Of a DNA stretch of 64,000 bases, positions 1-11,567 are shown one piece after another. Numbering within the stretch: the first letter of the stretch is position 1; every line of letters begins with the position of its first letter. The notes beneath the pieces are model-generated. The model saw only the letters and a list, made by a program, of their open reading frames with translations. It was not told where the DNA came from and searched no databases. The position numbers and the translations under genes were made by a program. The DNA is from Macrostomum lignano (Eukaryota): contig NIVC01001626.1 in NCBI GenBank assembly GCA_002269645.1, positions 194,340 to 258,339 of the forward strand. The letters are read 5' to 3'.

Positions 1-180
1 ATAGAGCTTGATAGAACTTATTGAGCCCCCAAAAACCTAAGTTTGCACCCTTTAAACTAGATTTTTCGCCTCCTACGCATTTTTGTACCCCTAGCTTAAA
101 AATTGGCGCCCCTCATACTCATGAGGTGCCAACATATGTTGGCGCCCAAAACTTGGACTGAAGCCCCCCGCCCCCTCCCC
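1..180 (-). mobile_element. Partial MITE-like repeat, inverted and diverged copy of the element at 3137-3345 (runs off window start)
   Basis: Bases 1-123 are the near-exact reverse complement of about 3207-3329. Similarity continues to about 170, with a 15-bp insertion in this copy. Confidence 0.75.
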
Positions 181-483
181 CCTTTGATGTATTGTCAAAG
201 GCTATATAGCTTTTTCTTGGTGTCTGATTTTCGTAAACAAATTTATTGTGGTTACTAACTTTAATCAAGCTATTTCAAAGCAATTAGTTACAGTACAGTG
301 CAAGTATATGAATCGATAGTATAGTAATAATGAGCTGAATGATAGTTCAGTTATTTAGCAGTGTATTTTAGTAAGGACAGAGAAGCAGTACACATATTTG
401 CACCAAAAAGGCGTCAACACAAGTCGATACAACATGTACAGTACAGTATTTAATATAATGAGTATACGAATCAGAATGAGTAA

Positions 484-599
484 CAGTGGCGCAACCAGGG
501 GGGGGGGCGGTTGCCCCTCCTTTGGCGGACGTCGGAAAAAATTAAAGGGGACCAAGCAAATGATTCGCCCCCCTCAACAAATTTCTGGTTGCGCTACTG
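484..599. mobile_element. 116-bp MITE with 15-bp terminal inverted repeats
   Basis: Starts CAGTGGCGCAACCAG and ends CTGGTTGCGCTACTG (1 mismatch). No exact TSD seen. Confidence 0.65.
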
Positions 600-723
600 C
601 AAGAGTACATGGTATACGCGAGTAGTATAGTTCCCTAAATATCCGGCCTTGATTCTAGTACATGTACAGTCTAGTGTATATGTCTAGCACATATGTAGTC
701 TTTGGTGAAGCTCAGTCGTCATG

Positions 724-2050
724 TCACTTCGGATTAAAGAGACGACCACAGGATTTAAGCAGCCGCCGAGTGCTTCGAGTACCTTGTTCATGTTCCGCCC
801 AGTAGCGAAACAAACGAGACTGAACTGTGCGGTACCCTTGCCGCTGCTCTCGACGCAGTACCCCTCTGGACAGCAGGTGAGCCTGGAGTGGCACCAGGAT
901 AGCTTCCTCGTGGAGCAGTTGCAGCAACAGATAGAACTGGAGGTTGCGCCTCCCAGCTTTACGGTTTAGGCGATAGTGCCAGCCCTCCAGGTCGTTGTTG
1001 GTCCTGATGGGCTGACCAAACACGCAAATGTCATCCGCTTTCCAGTTGCTGCCTTCGCCCAACCATGTACTGCCAATGTACTCGCATAGTTCCTGCAGTC
1101 TTTCGTCTGCCTGAGCAGCTTGCGAAGCTCGGAGGCTTTCAAACACCTCGTTAATCTCGTCACGTGGCAGGTACGGCAGTGCCATCACCGACTCAAACAT
1201 CGCTTCTGTAAAAGCCATCGGGAATCGCTTCGTGCTGCAGCTCAAAGTTTAATGTCTTTGGCTCCTCTGGCCGTTGCCTTTCTCGAAAACGATTAGCTGT
1301 TCTAGCAAGATTCGCTGGATTTGGCAAGTTTTTAGCCTCTGACGAACGATAACTGTGTAGAAGTCGCTCCTCAGATAGAGCCGCAGCAGATTTGAAGACA
1401 TCCGCAGCTGCTGATGTCTTCACGTCTCGAATGATTTTTCGTACTGCACAAGCATCAGCTGTTGGTGCATGGCAGTGGTTCCTTTTTCCTGGTTGGAAGT
1501 CTTCACCGGCTCTGCGATTTAGGGTTGCACAGCATGGCGTATGTCGATTGCGCTGAGTGCATCTGTAGTATTCGTGATCACCACGCCTACGGTGAAAACC
1601 ATAGCTGTATCCTTTTGAGGAAACAACAAGGACTGAACCTCAACCTCTACTGCTTGCGTTTTGAAGTACCTCAAATGTCTCTGGACGATTGTGAGCAGCG
1701 ATTGGTTGAGGGTCTGGATCTTCAATCGATGAATCAGCAGTAGCAGCAACTTGGATCTCAGCATCGCTCTCTACCTCATCACTTTCGCTACCACTGGCAG
1801 CAGCAACTTCGATTTCGGCATCGCTCTCTACCTCATCACCACCGGCAGCAGCAACTTCGATTTCGGCATCGCTCTCTACCTCATCACCACCGGCAGCAGC
1901 AACTTCGATTTCGGCATCGCTCTCTACCTCATCACCACCGGCAGCAGCAACTTCGATTTCGGCATCGCTCTCTACCTCATCACCACCGGCAGCAGCAACT
2001 TCAACTTCAGCATCGCTCTCTACATGTACCTCCTGAGTAGTGCAGATCAT
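724..2050 (-). pseudogene. FLYWCH zinc finger + Mutator (MULE) transposase, internally deleted and with a premature stop
   Basis: Minus frame reads ...SSRG*GSVLVVSSKGYSYGF..YYRCTQR..CCATL...GKRNHCH (FLYWCH-like; TGA at 1640-1642) and continues to RPEEPKTLNFELQHEAIPDGFYRSDV. It then jumps frame at about 1195 into VMALPYLP...YIGSTW...IRTNNDLEGWHYRLN, the typical MULE C-terminus. The central catalytic Asp region is absent. Confidence 0.8.
1752..2030 (-). repeat. 48-bp coding tandem repeat (GDEVESDAEIEVAAAG), about 5 copies, acidic N-terminus of the MULE ORF
   Basis: Unit gcagcaacttcgatttcggcatcgctctctacctcatcaccaccggca is repeated on +; in frame in ORF 1640-2050. Confidence 0.85.
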
Positions 2051-2159
2051 GCAGCATCAAGTAAAAGAACTCTTCTTCGTCAATTTCTTATACTGTGCAG
2101 TAGAAATGAACGATGCTCCTAAAATAAAAAGCAAAAAAATTTCAGCAATTTATCATCTC

Positions 2160-2350
2160 TCCACATACCCTCTCTCCTCTCTACCCCCTCTCCCTGCACC
2201 TTCTCTCCCCTACCCTCTTTTCCTCTTCACTCTCTCCTCTACCTTCTCCCCCCTCTACCCTCTCTCCCCACCTTCTCTCCCCTACCCTCTTTTCCCTCTT
2301 CACTCTCTCCTCTACCTTCTCCCCCCTCTATCCTCTTTTCCTCTTCCATT
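2160..2350. repeat. Pyrimidine-rich (C/T) low-complexity repeat
   Basis: Almost only C and T, with an internal duplication of about 70-80 bp. Confidence 0.8.
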
Positions 2351-3136
2351 TTAAGAGTGAATACACGCTAAGTTGATGGAATGCAGAATATAAGGCATAA
2401 ACTTACCACTCAAACACAGTCGATGGAACCAATGTTTGCACTTGTCACAATTTAATGCAGGCTCCTCGTCAGTTACTGCTTTGACACACGCTGGACAGAC
2501 GTCTTCTTCGACTTCCATCAGACAATTAGTTAACGAGTAAGCTAGTTGCTTTTTAGATGCAGGGAAGATATTAAGTCGATATTCTTGAGTGTTAAAGAGT
2601 AAATATATAGTGCGCAGACCGGTAGCTATATGGATCTTGCGTTCAATTGCTTCTGTACAAGTATGGAGTTATAGGACGCATGCGCAATATAGATGGCGTT
2701 TTAACCAATAGGGTATATCACAGAATTTCGATTGCGTAGAAAGTAAGCAATTCCGATTGACCACATCCGTTCAGATTACCTAGCATAACTTAATGCTGGT
2801 TCTGTGATTCATGGATTTAGCGGTTAGCAACCATGGTAAAATTGTGATGTAATGAGTGCCAACAAGAGCACAGCAATTTTCTTTTATAGTATAATTGTCA
2901 CCTTCACTTAACTGTGTTGCTGAATGAACGAATAAGTGTTATTCATTTACTAAATGTAGAAGACCAAGTTTTGTTTGACTTTACACTTATACACGTGTTT
3001 ATGTTGCCATGGTCACGAGCCACGACCATAAGTTTACAGTACACGCACAGGACAGTTGTCAATAAGCGCCAAAATTAATTACAAGATAAATTTCAAGCCA
3101 ACTCACCCATAATCTATACTCTGTGAGGCGCACATA

Positions 3137-3345
3137 CAGTAGCGGATCTAGAATTTCATTTGGGGGCCGAAGGGGGGGGGGCGTCAATCCAAGTTTTGGG
3201 CACCAACATGAGTATGAGGGGCGCCAATTTTTAAGCTAGGGGTAAAAAAATGCGTAGGAGGCGAAAAATCTAGTTTAAAGGGTGCAAACTTAGGTTTTTG
3301 GGGGCTCAATAAGTTCTATCAAGCTCTATCCGCGGGTCCGCCCCT
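3137..3345 (+). mobile_element. About 210-bp MITE-like element with degenerate CAGTAGCGGATC...GGTCCGCCCCT termini
   Basis: Imperfect terminal inverted repeats; second inverted copy at the window start. Confidence 0.6.
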
Positions 3346-3720
3346 ATTGGCGCTCCTTGCCTTATAGTCCCTGAATTAGCACATAACATAAACATATGTA
3401 CAGTCATAAGCTACGCTATAGGTATACAGTTGTTTTCTAAACTTGTTCAATGGCTTTTAAGTATTATTTTAAGTAAGTTTACATGTACACGTAGATGTAG
3501 TACAAAAAATCTAATAATCAATTGTCATTGACTTGGGTTGAAAAATTAAAAGTATGGATAAAATTAAGTGCGCGCTGTAAATGTTATGCCTCGAAACGCA
3601 CTCAAACAAAATAATAAATGCAGATAACATACGAACCTTTATTACTTTAATAAGAGTTTATATTAACAGCTATATATTTTAATATTTAACAACGAAAAAT
3701 AGTCAAATCAAGTCTAAAGC

Positions 3721-3817
3721 TTGTCACCGAATTGACCACTAGTGTCACCGAAACGTCCCAAGTTGTCACCGAAGTTGTTGTCACCGAAATGTCTTGTCAC
3801 CGAATTGACCTGGGACC
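3721..3817. repeat. Cluster of five TGTCACCGAA motifs, probable subterminal repeat or end of a DNA transposon
   Basis: Motif at about 3722, 3743, 3764, 3779 and 3795, ending GAATTGACCTGGGACC. No partner end seen in the window. Confidence 0.45.
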
Positions 3818-6384
3818 ATATTTACTATATATATGAAATGAACCTTAACTATAAGAATAGCTAGGGGGCCTAACTTTTAATAGAAATGTCTATTTACCAA
3901 AATGTCATATAGACTATATAGCCTATAAAACAATAATATAGAAACCCTATACGAACAAGTTAACAAATTTTAGATGGCTGTTATGTCAATTATGCTATCA
4001 ATATTTTCTAGTGTTACATTGTGATAGAGATAATATCTAGGTATGTTGTGGCATATTATGGTCAATAGGTGGTGACACAAAAAGTATAATGTAGGGGCCT
4101 ATGCGACACTATAGGAGTAGGCTCACATAGGCCTTAGTAATTAGTTGTTGTTTAAAACTTTGAGTATAGAGTTTTAAAATGTTTAGGCCTAACTTTAATT
4201 TTTGTTTTTTATTAATTATAACTTATTATTTACTTTTTCTACCATTTTTTGTAATTTTTCAAATCATATTTTTGCATTTTGCATTGTGACAGTATTGTTT
4301 TGCATTGCACTTTTTCATACTTTTGACTTTTGTCTTGTCTTGTGTATTGAGCTACATTTTTTGCACTGGTATTGCACATTTTAGGTTTTTAAAACTTATT
4401 CCAATTGAAAATATAGGTTAGATTTAAAAAATTATATATTTTACAAAAAATAAAAAAACATGTGCATTTAGGGACCTAAATGTGTGTCATGATTATGCAC
4501 AAAGAGCATTAGAAACCTTTGACAATTTGTATCATGCTAGAATTTTCTATGATAAAACCAAGGCCATCTTCTAAATCACTTTATAGCACTGGACTATAGA
4601 GCAACAGCTTTAAGTTAGTGAAATCACTGCGAATGACTTATTGTTTCTCATGGAAATAACTCTTAACTAAACTAATTTATAGCTAGGAGCCTATATAGGC
4701 CTTGAGGTCTACAAGTTAAACTAAGTTAGGCCTAACTATAAACTAATTGAATGAAACTAATCTTAAAATTATAACTATTAAAATAACTAGTCTAGATTTT
4801 TATTATTAGCGCCTAATCAATTTAAATTATTAATACTAATACTAAAGTAAATTATTATTTTAGTCTATTATTAAAGCCCACAATAATATTTTTGCCAGAG
4901 TTTAGCCACTCCTTTTCTTATATTTAAATGGCTTTCTTTTCTGGGAAGTATCAGGCAAAAGTTAAATTATTATTAAATTTAAAGTCCTGTTCAATTTTCA
5001 AAGTCTGCCGACTTTATGTACAAAAATGCTATACTTTTTGCATACTATTATAAACTGATTTATACGTTTCTTTTAACTAGTGTCATAGAAAGTTCCGTAA
5101 TTTTAATCAATATATAAAGTAAAGTTTGGCTCAACACTTTTTACTTTAAAACTGAGTTCATAGTTCTAGCAAAACATTGATTTTCAAAAAAACACTAGTA
5201 TTTTTTAGCATTTTTTTCGTCTTGATTCTGTCTTCTGCATCAGTCAATCAAGACAATCATAAGTCATTATCCCAAATGTTTTGATTTGACTGATTGATCT
5301 GAAAACGTATCGAGCTGTCTGAGTTTTTTTCGTCCTCAAAAGGTAAATGTATTTTACTGTATGATAGATTATAGATAATACAGCTACAGTAGCTGTGTTT
5401 TTTTACACAATTTTAGAACGTGAGAATCTTGCATAGCATGTTCGAAGGATCAAAGCTACAGCTAGTATACATGTACCTAGCTTGTCTCACGTGCTCATCA
5501 ATCAGAGAACTACACTGTACTTATATGAAGGAAGGTGTCATCATTCACCTGTCCACCTAACAGCAAAACATTAAATAATTCTCCCAACAGAAGAGTACAT
5601 GTATCATCGGATTACATGCTACTTCCGATTACATGTATTGATGTAGAAAATCCGATTGAGCCGCCGGTTTCAAGGCACTACTACAAGCTACTATACACAT
5701 TAGGCACATGTACGTAGCACGCACAGGGGTATGTACGCCGGCATACAGTCACATACAGGTGGACACACAGACACAGCGGCTCTGATCCCCTGCAGCTTCT
5801 CATTGTCAGGTCCAGCGGGAATCGTGGCCGCTGGACATGTAATCACAGCTGAGGTCATGCAAGAAGCCATAGCGACATTAAAGCGTTAAAAGCCCTGATG
5901 CAACAAGTGAGACTGCAGGAAATGAAATTCTGTAGGCCGGGAAGTTAACAACAGTTTGCGGCTACGAGACTGACTGAGCATCATGTGGTTGGACCGGAAG
6001 CTTTCACAGCGAGCCATGCATTAACGAAAGATCAAGAGAGTGCCGCCTCTCAAGTACAGAAATAAAAGAGCTAGTCATCGAATATCGCTTTATCCCGTGT
6101 GTCATTAGCCGAGTGAGATCTAACTGTAATAAATCTACATGCGCATGTGTAATGGTAAGAACTAAAAGCTGCATTGACTGGGGACACTAAAGAGCACACC
6201 TCGCAGTGCCTAGCTAGGCAGAGCCTGCATAGCACGAATGGCAAAAGCACAAATGAAAGTGACTGCCAGCCTAATGAGGTAGTTATTAAATACAGGCTCA
6301 TTACTGACTGTCCTAATTGTCAGTCTAAACCATAAACCTGCGAAAAAGTCTGTTCTTAAACACTTTCCTGTAAGTCTCTAGAGC

Positions 6385-7890
6385 ACCTGATTTCTCATGC
6401 AATCACACCTGATCTCTCACGCAATCACACCTGATCTCTCACGCAATCACACATGATCTCTCATGCAATCACACCTGATCTCTAATGCAATCACACCTGA
6501 TCTCTCATGCAATCACACCTGATCTCTCACGCAATCACACCTGATCTCTCACGCAATCACACATGATCTCTCATGCAATCACACCTGATCTCTAATGCAA
6601 TCACACATGATCTCTCACGCAATCACACCTGATCTCTCATGCAATCACACCTGATCTCTCATGCAATCACACCTGATCTCTAATGCAATCACACCTGATC
6701 TCTCATGCAATCACACCTGATCTCTCATGCAATCACACATGATCTCTCACGCAATCACACCTGATCTCTCATACAATCACACCTGATCTCTCATGCAATC
6801 ACACCTGATCTCTAATGCAATCACACCTGATCTCTCACGCAATCACACCTGATCTCTCATGCAATCACACATGATCTCTCACGCAATCACACCTGATCTC
6901 TCATGCAATCACACCTGATCTCTCATGCAATCACACCTGATCTCTCATGCAATCACACCTGATCTCTCATGCAATCACACCTGATCTCTCATGCAATCAC
7001 ACATGATCTCTCATGCAATCACACCTGATCTCTCATGCAATCACACCTGATCTCTCACGCAATCACACCTGATCTCTCATGCAATCACACCTGATCTCTC
7101 ATGCAATCACACCTGATCTCTAATGCAATCACACCTGATCTCTCATGCAATCACACCTGATCTCTAATGCAATCACACCTGATCTCTCATGCAATCACAC
7201 CTGATCTCTAATGCAATCACACCTGATCTCTAATGCAATCACACCTGATCTCTCATGCAATCACACCTGATCTCTAATGCAATCACACCTGATCTCTCAT
7301 GCAATCACACCTGATCTCTCATGCAATCACACCTGATCTCTCTCATGCAATCACACCTGATCTCTCATGCAATCACACCTGATCTCTCATGCAATCACAC
7401 CTGATCTCTCATGCAATCACACCTGATCTCTCATGCAATCACACCTGATCTCTCATGCAATCACACCTGATCTCTCATGCAATCACACCTGATCTCTCTC
7501 ATGCAATCACACCTGATCTCTCTCATGCAATCACACCTGATCTCTCTCATGCAATCACACCTGATCTCTCTCATGCAATCACACCTGATCTCTCATGCAA
7601 TCACACCTGATCTCTCATGCAATCACACCTGATCTCTCATGCAATCACACATGATCTCTCACGCAATCACACCTGATCTCTCATACAATCACACCTGATC
7701 TCTCATGCAATCACACCTGATCTCTAATGCAATCACACCTGATCTCTCACGCAATCACACCTGATCTCTCATGCAATCACACATGATCTCTCACGCAATC
7801 ACACCTGATCTCTCATGCAATCACACCTGATCTCTCATGCAATCACACCTGATCTCTCATGCAATCACACCTGATCTCTCATACAATCAA
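6385..7890. repeat. 22-bp minisatellite (CACCTGATCTCTCATGCAATCA), about 68 copies
   Basis: Direct reading of the tandem unit with minor variants. Confidence 0.95.
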
Positions 7891-8426
7891 GCATGATCTC
7901 TACTTTGAAAAAGTCACGAAAATAAGGCCAGGCGAGTTAAACTAAGCTTTCTACGCTCGTATATTTATTTAAAGTGTCTGCCATGCAAATGGCTTACAAA
8001 CTTATACGCTGGTAAAAGATACCAAAAGCCATCACATCCATCTTAACAAACGATTAAATTTTAACGCGAAATTAAAGTAAGACTCAGACTCTAAGCAAAA
8101 AACTACAGAAACCGGATAAATCCGAAAAACAGAAGTCTAGGAGCGTGTGGTATATGCACTCTAGAAAACAAAACCGAGAAAAGTATATCGAAGATATTAT
8201 AACTGTGCAATGGTTTCAGCAATCTGTGACCAGCAACAGGCGTCAAGTTAGAGAACAGAATTTGTTTAGTTGGGACACAGCGCTTTTATCTCATACAGTG
8301 AAGCCGTACTATTCTAAGAAAGAGTTCCTACAACAATAATATCATCGTCCAACGCAAACCACATACGTTGGTTTTAAAGTAATTTGCAAAGCAAACACAA
8401 ATATTTCTCTTTGCTTAGATTCGAAC

Positions 8427-11400
8427 TCAGGCGTCAGGCTCAAGGTAAGCACCGTCGTCATGCTCCACCAGTGCGCGCTGCTGATCCAGGAAGCGGCAAT
8501 ACGCCGCAACATTAGTCGGCCGGCGGACCGAGATCACGAGGTTCGGGTGCACGGGGTTCGCTATGTACGCATTGACCCTGCGCCTGGCGTAGTCAACGGG
8601 GATGGCAGCACCGAAGGTGGTCATCTCCACTTCTTTGTCACTGAAAATTCCGCGACTGGCGGCTGCGATGTACTTGGACGGACAGGCGAGGCAGTCATTC
8701 ATGGTGCCGACCATGTCGCGGAAGCTCGGCCGAGACTCCGGATGCGGCAGCCAGCAGCTCAGCAGGATGTTGTAGAAGTCGATGCTGCAGATGTCGGGCT
8801 GGTTCAGCCGGATGCCCTTCTTCAGCAGGCCGGTGATGTCCTCCACCGAGCGGATCCCGTACGGGTTGTAGGGCGACTCGCCGAACGTGCAGATCTCCCA
8901 CAGCAGCACGCCGTAGCTCCACACATCCGACTTGTGGCTGAACAGTCCGGACTCAAAGCACTCGACGCCGAGCCATTTCACCGGCAGCAGGCCGGCCGTC
9001 TGGATGAACTCGCCCTCCGACATGTCCAGCAGACGGGCCAGCCCGAAGTCCGTGATCCTCACTTGGTCCGGAGTCTGCAGCAGCACGTTGCGGGCAGCCA
9101 GGTCGCGGTGTACAATGCCCAGAGACTCCAGGTACTCCATGCCCTCCGCCACTTGTAGACCCCAGCGCAGCATTCGCTCCGCACCGATCTGGTTGCGGTG
9201 CGCTCGCAGGAACTCCAGCAGACAGCCCCGAGGCATCAGCGCCGTGATCAGCTGCGGCTCCTGGGTCAGGCACAAAGCCACCAGTCGGATGCAGCATGGA
9301 TGCTGCACTCTGGCCAGCATGCTCGCTTCGTTCAGCAGCTCTTGGCCCAGCTTCGGACTGTGGCCGCGCAGCACCTTGATCGCGACGGGCAGCTCGCGAA
9401 CTCCCTTGTTCGTGCTCGACCGCAGGATGCCCTTGTACACCGTGCCGAACGCGCCACTGCCAATCTCCTTCTGCTTCATCACATCGTCGTCATTCACAAT
9501 CAGCAGCTTCGCCATGGCGTTCGGGTTGCTCGGGTCCGTCAGGTACTCGTCCAAGTCGACGATTTCGTACTTTCGCATCCGCCTCCGGTAGTGCACGTAG
9601 GCCACCGGCAGCAGCACCAGCAGCACCAGAATGAGCAGCCCGACGCCAATGCCAACGGTGAGGAGTCTCGCAGACGCCACCGAGTAGCAGCGGCCCTTCG
9701 AGTCGGCGCGCATCTCTCGGCTGCTGCAGGCGGCCACGCACTTGCCGTCCTCCTCCAGGTTGCTGCAGCGCTCGCACTCGGAGGCGCTCGGACTGCTGCA
9801 GCCGCCCTCGCACTCGCTGTGGCACTCCTGACATTCTCCGCTCAGATTGTACCGACCGGCCTCCTGGCACGTGGCGTAGCAGCGGCCGTCCACCTCGAAG
9901 TTCCGGCAGGCTACGCACATGTCGGGTCCGGGTCCCCAGCACTCGTCGCGGCACTGGGGGTCGCAGACGGCGTTTCTGCACACCTCGCTCGTGTTGTCGA
10001 AGCTGCGCTCCTTATCTGTTTCGCTTGGCCAGTGCTCCTTCAAGTCTTGCAGCTTCGCCGCGAAGTTGAACGGAAACCAGCGAGCGCAGAGACCTCTGAC
10101 ATTTCTCAGGCCGAAACAGGACACGTATTTCAGAGAGGCGAAGCCAAAATGAGTAATTCTGCAGTCATCAACAAATAGGTGCCCTGAAACTTGCACGAGA
10201 TTTTTAAGAAAGCTAAGGCTTCCTATGTGCTCTGGAATATTTTTTATTACAAATTTTTCGACCAAAATAGCTCGAACGGATTTCAGATTCCAAATTCCAG
10301 AATCTGCATCCAGCGGTCCCAATCGCAGTTGATTTCCATCGATGCTTAAAACTTTTTTAAACTTCAACTCTGTCGGTGCCAGTGTCGAACAGTTGCTAAA
10401 CTTTCCTAGAAATTCCTCAGTAAGGGTTCTCTGAAAGCCGTCTTTGCACACGTGGCAGCCCTGTCGCACTCCGGCCACTGAGCAGGGAGTGCAGATTCCG
10501 CTGATGGGCATTTGACCATCAGGACATTCGACAATGCAGTACTTGTGATTGAAATCAATCACGAAGTCTCTCGGGCACTGGTCAACGCAAACGTTTCCTG
10601 CCTGCATCAGAGAATCCTGCGCCGTGTTGATTCGGCTGTATGCCGCATCATACGAATTATTGCGGCAGCTATGGGCGCACCTGCCGGCCAGAAGCACACT
10701 GCGGCACGCGCGACACTCGCTTGGTTGAAATGACCGGCACCCTCCGAGACAGCTGTTGTCGCAGCATTCTTCCTCGCCGGTGGGCCGAGTATAGCAGGAG
10801 TGGCAGCTTCGCTTCCTGCACTTGGACACCATCTGGCACTCCGTGCTTGACCAGCACAATCGGTGGCCTTCCTTGCTCATGGGACAGTCGTCAGGGCACT
10901 CGGGGAGATGAGAACAGATGTTAGCCTGATCAGCCGGTTTGAGCGAACTGTTGGTCATGTTATTCAAGTGAGTCACTGCATCGAGCAGATGCTGTTCTTT
11001 GTGCTCGAATACTTCACTCCAGCTAATTTTTCGGGTTAGCTGGCAATAGAGGTGGATGTCCATGCTGGTGGAGAACATTACACCGGGTCCTTGGATCGAG
11101 ACGAGCTTTGGCATGAGTATCTGAGTCGGCGTGTTGCAGTATCCGATCTCCAAGGCGTATAAAGGGTGAGAGGGGCTTTGCGAGTAGATGAAGCCTCTGA
11201 TGGCTCTGAGGTTCCGCAGCTCGAGTCGCTTGATGCCGAGGCCCGTGATAACAACTCTACCGGATACCTCTCTAATGGAATCAAGAAAGCTAGTATTCAT
11301 TTCATAGATGTTGCGGTCGATTGTGACTCCGGTGAAGTGCGACCCCAGAAAATGGACGTGCAAATCTCCGTTTACGAATTGACAGCCGTCCACCTTGCGG

Positions 11401-11567
11401 GAGAGAATTTCATGCAGATAGCTCACATTCTTTAGCTGTTTGTAGTCGCTGTTCGTGATGCGGAGGCTCCGGCAGATTTTGGGCTCCGGAACTTTGGCCG
11501 AGTGGCCGGGCTTCGGCACCCGGAACGCCATCAGCCACAGTAGGACAAGGACCGCGTCGCTTCGCAT
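8427..11567 (-). CDS. EGFR: EGFR/ErbB-family receptor tyrosine kinase, paralog 1, intronless, about 1046 aa
   Basis: ATG at 11567 gives signal peptide MRSDAVLVLLWLMAF. Then L domain (DGCQFVNGDL...LRNLRAIRG), furin-like Cys-rich region, second L domain, Cys-rich domain IV and TM (LLTVGIGVGLLILVLLVLLPVAY) followed by RRRMRK. Kinase has GSGAFG, VAIK, HRDLAARN and DFG; the tail has YLEP. Confidence 0.95.
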   Translation of the reverse strand: MRSDAVLVLLWLMAFRVPKPGHSAKVPEPKICRSLRITNSDYKQLKNVSYLHEILSRKVDGCQFVNGDLHVHFLGSHFTGVTIDRNIYEMNTSFLDSIREVSGRVVITGLGIKRLELRNLRAIRGFIYSQSPSHPLYALEIGYCNTPTQILMPKLVSIQGPGVMFSTSMDIHLYCQLTRKISWSEVFEHKEQHLLDAVTHLNNMTNSSLKPADQANICSHLPECPDDCPMSKEGHRLCWSSTECQMVSKCRKRSCHSCYTRPTGEEECCDNSCLGGCRSFQPSECRACRSVLLAGRCAHSCRNNSYDAAYSRINTAQDSLMQAGNVCVDQCPRDFVIDFNHKYCIVECPDGQMPISGICTPCSVAGVRQGCHVCKDGFQRTLTEEFLGKFSNCSTLAPTELKFKKVLSIDGNQLRLGPLDADSGIWNLKSVRAILVEKFVIKNIPEHIGSLSFLKNLVQVSGHLFVDDCRITHFGFASLKYVSCFGLRNVRGLCARWFPFNFAAKLQDLKEHWPSETDKERSFDNTSEVCRNAVCDPQCRDECWGPGPDMCVACRNFEVDGRCYATCQEAGRYNLSGECQECHSECEGGCSSPSASECERCSNLEEDGKCVAACSSREMRADSKGRCYSVASARLLTVGIGVGLLILVLLVLLPVAYVHYRRRMRKYEIVDLDEYLTDPSNPNAMAKLLIVNDDDVMKQKEIGSGAFGTVYKGILRSSTNKGVRELPVAIKVLRGHSPKLGQELLNEASMLARVQHPCCIRLVALCLTQEPQLITALMPRGCLLEFLRAHRNQIGAERMLRWGLQVAEGMEYLESLGIVHRDLAARNVLLQTPDQVRITDFGLARLLDMSEGEFIQTAGLLPVKWLGVECFESGLFSHKSDVWSYGVLLWEICTFGESPYNPYGIRSVEDITGLLKKGIRLNQPDICSIDFYNILLSCWLPHPESRPSFRDMVGTMNDCLACPSKYIAAASRGIFSDKEVEMTTFGAAIPVDYARRRVNAYIANPVHPNLVISVRRPTNVAAYCRFLDQQRALVEHDDGAYLEPDA

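Noticed and set aside
5180-5345. Signal-peptide-like stretch (LVFFSIFFVLILSSAS) ending near an AG|GTAAAT donor
   Set aside because: No ATG, in-frame stops, AT-rich context; cannot be supported as an exon.
6385-7890. Long regular repeat arrays as CRISPR-like loci
   Set aside because: Units are head-to-tail with no unique spacers, there are no cas genes, and the context is eukaryotic. The same applies to all arrays in the window.
8664-10005. Shared EGFR tract as a pure assembly artefact
   Set aside because: About 15 differences, nearly all synonymous, are the signature of real sequence under purifying selection rather than collapsed or erroneous reads. Long-read confirmation is still advisable.
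8460-10178. Long antisense or alternate-frame ORFs over the EGFRs, Gypsy pol, LYPLA and REV7
   Set aside because: Expected shadows of GC-rich coding sequence. Their duplication in both EGFRs just reflects the shared tract.
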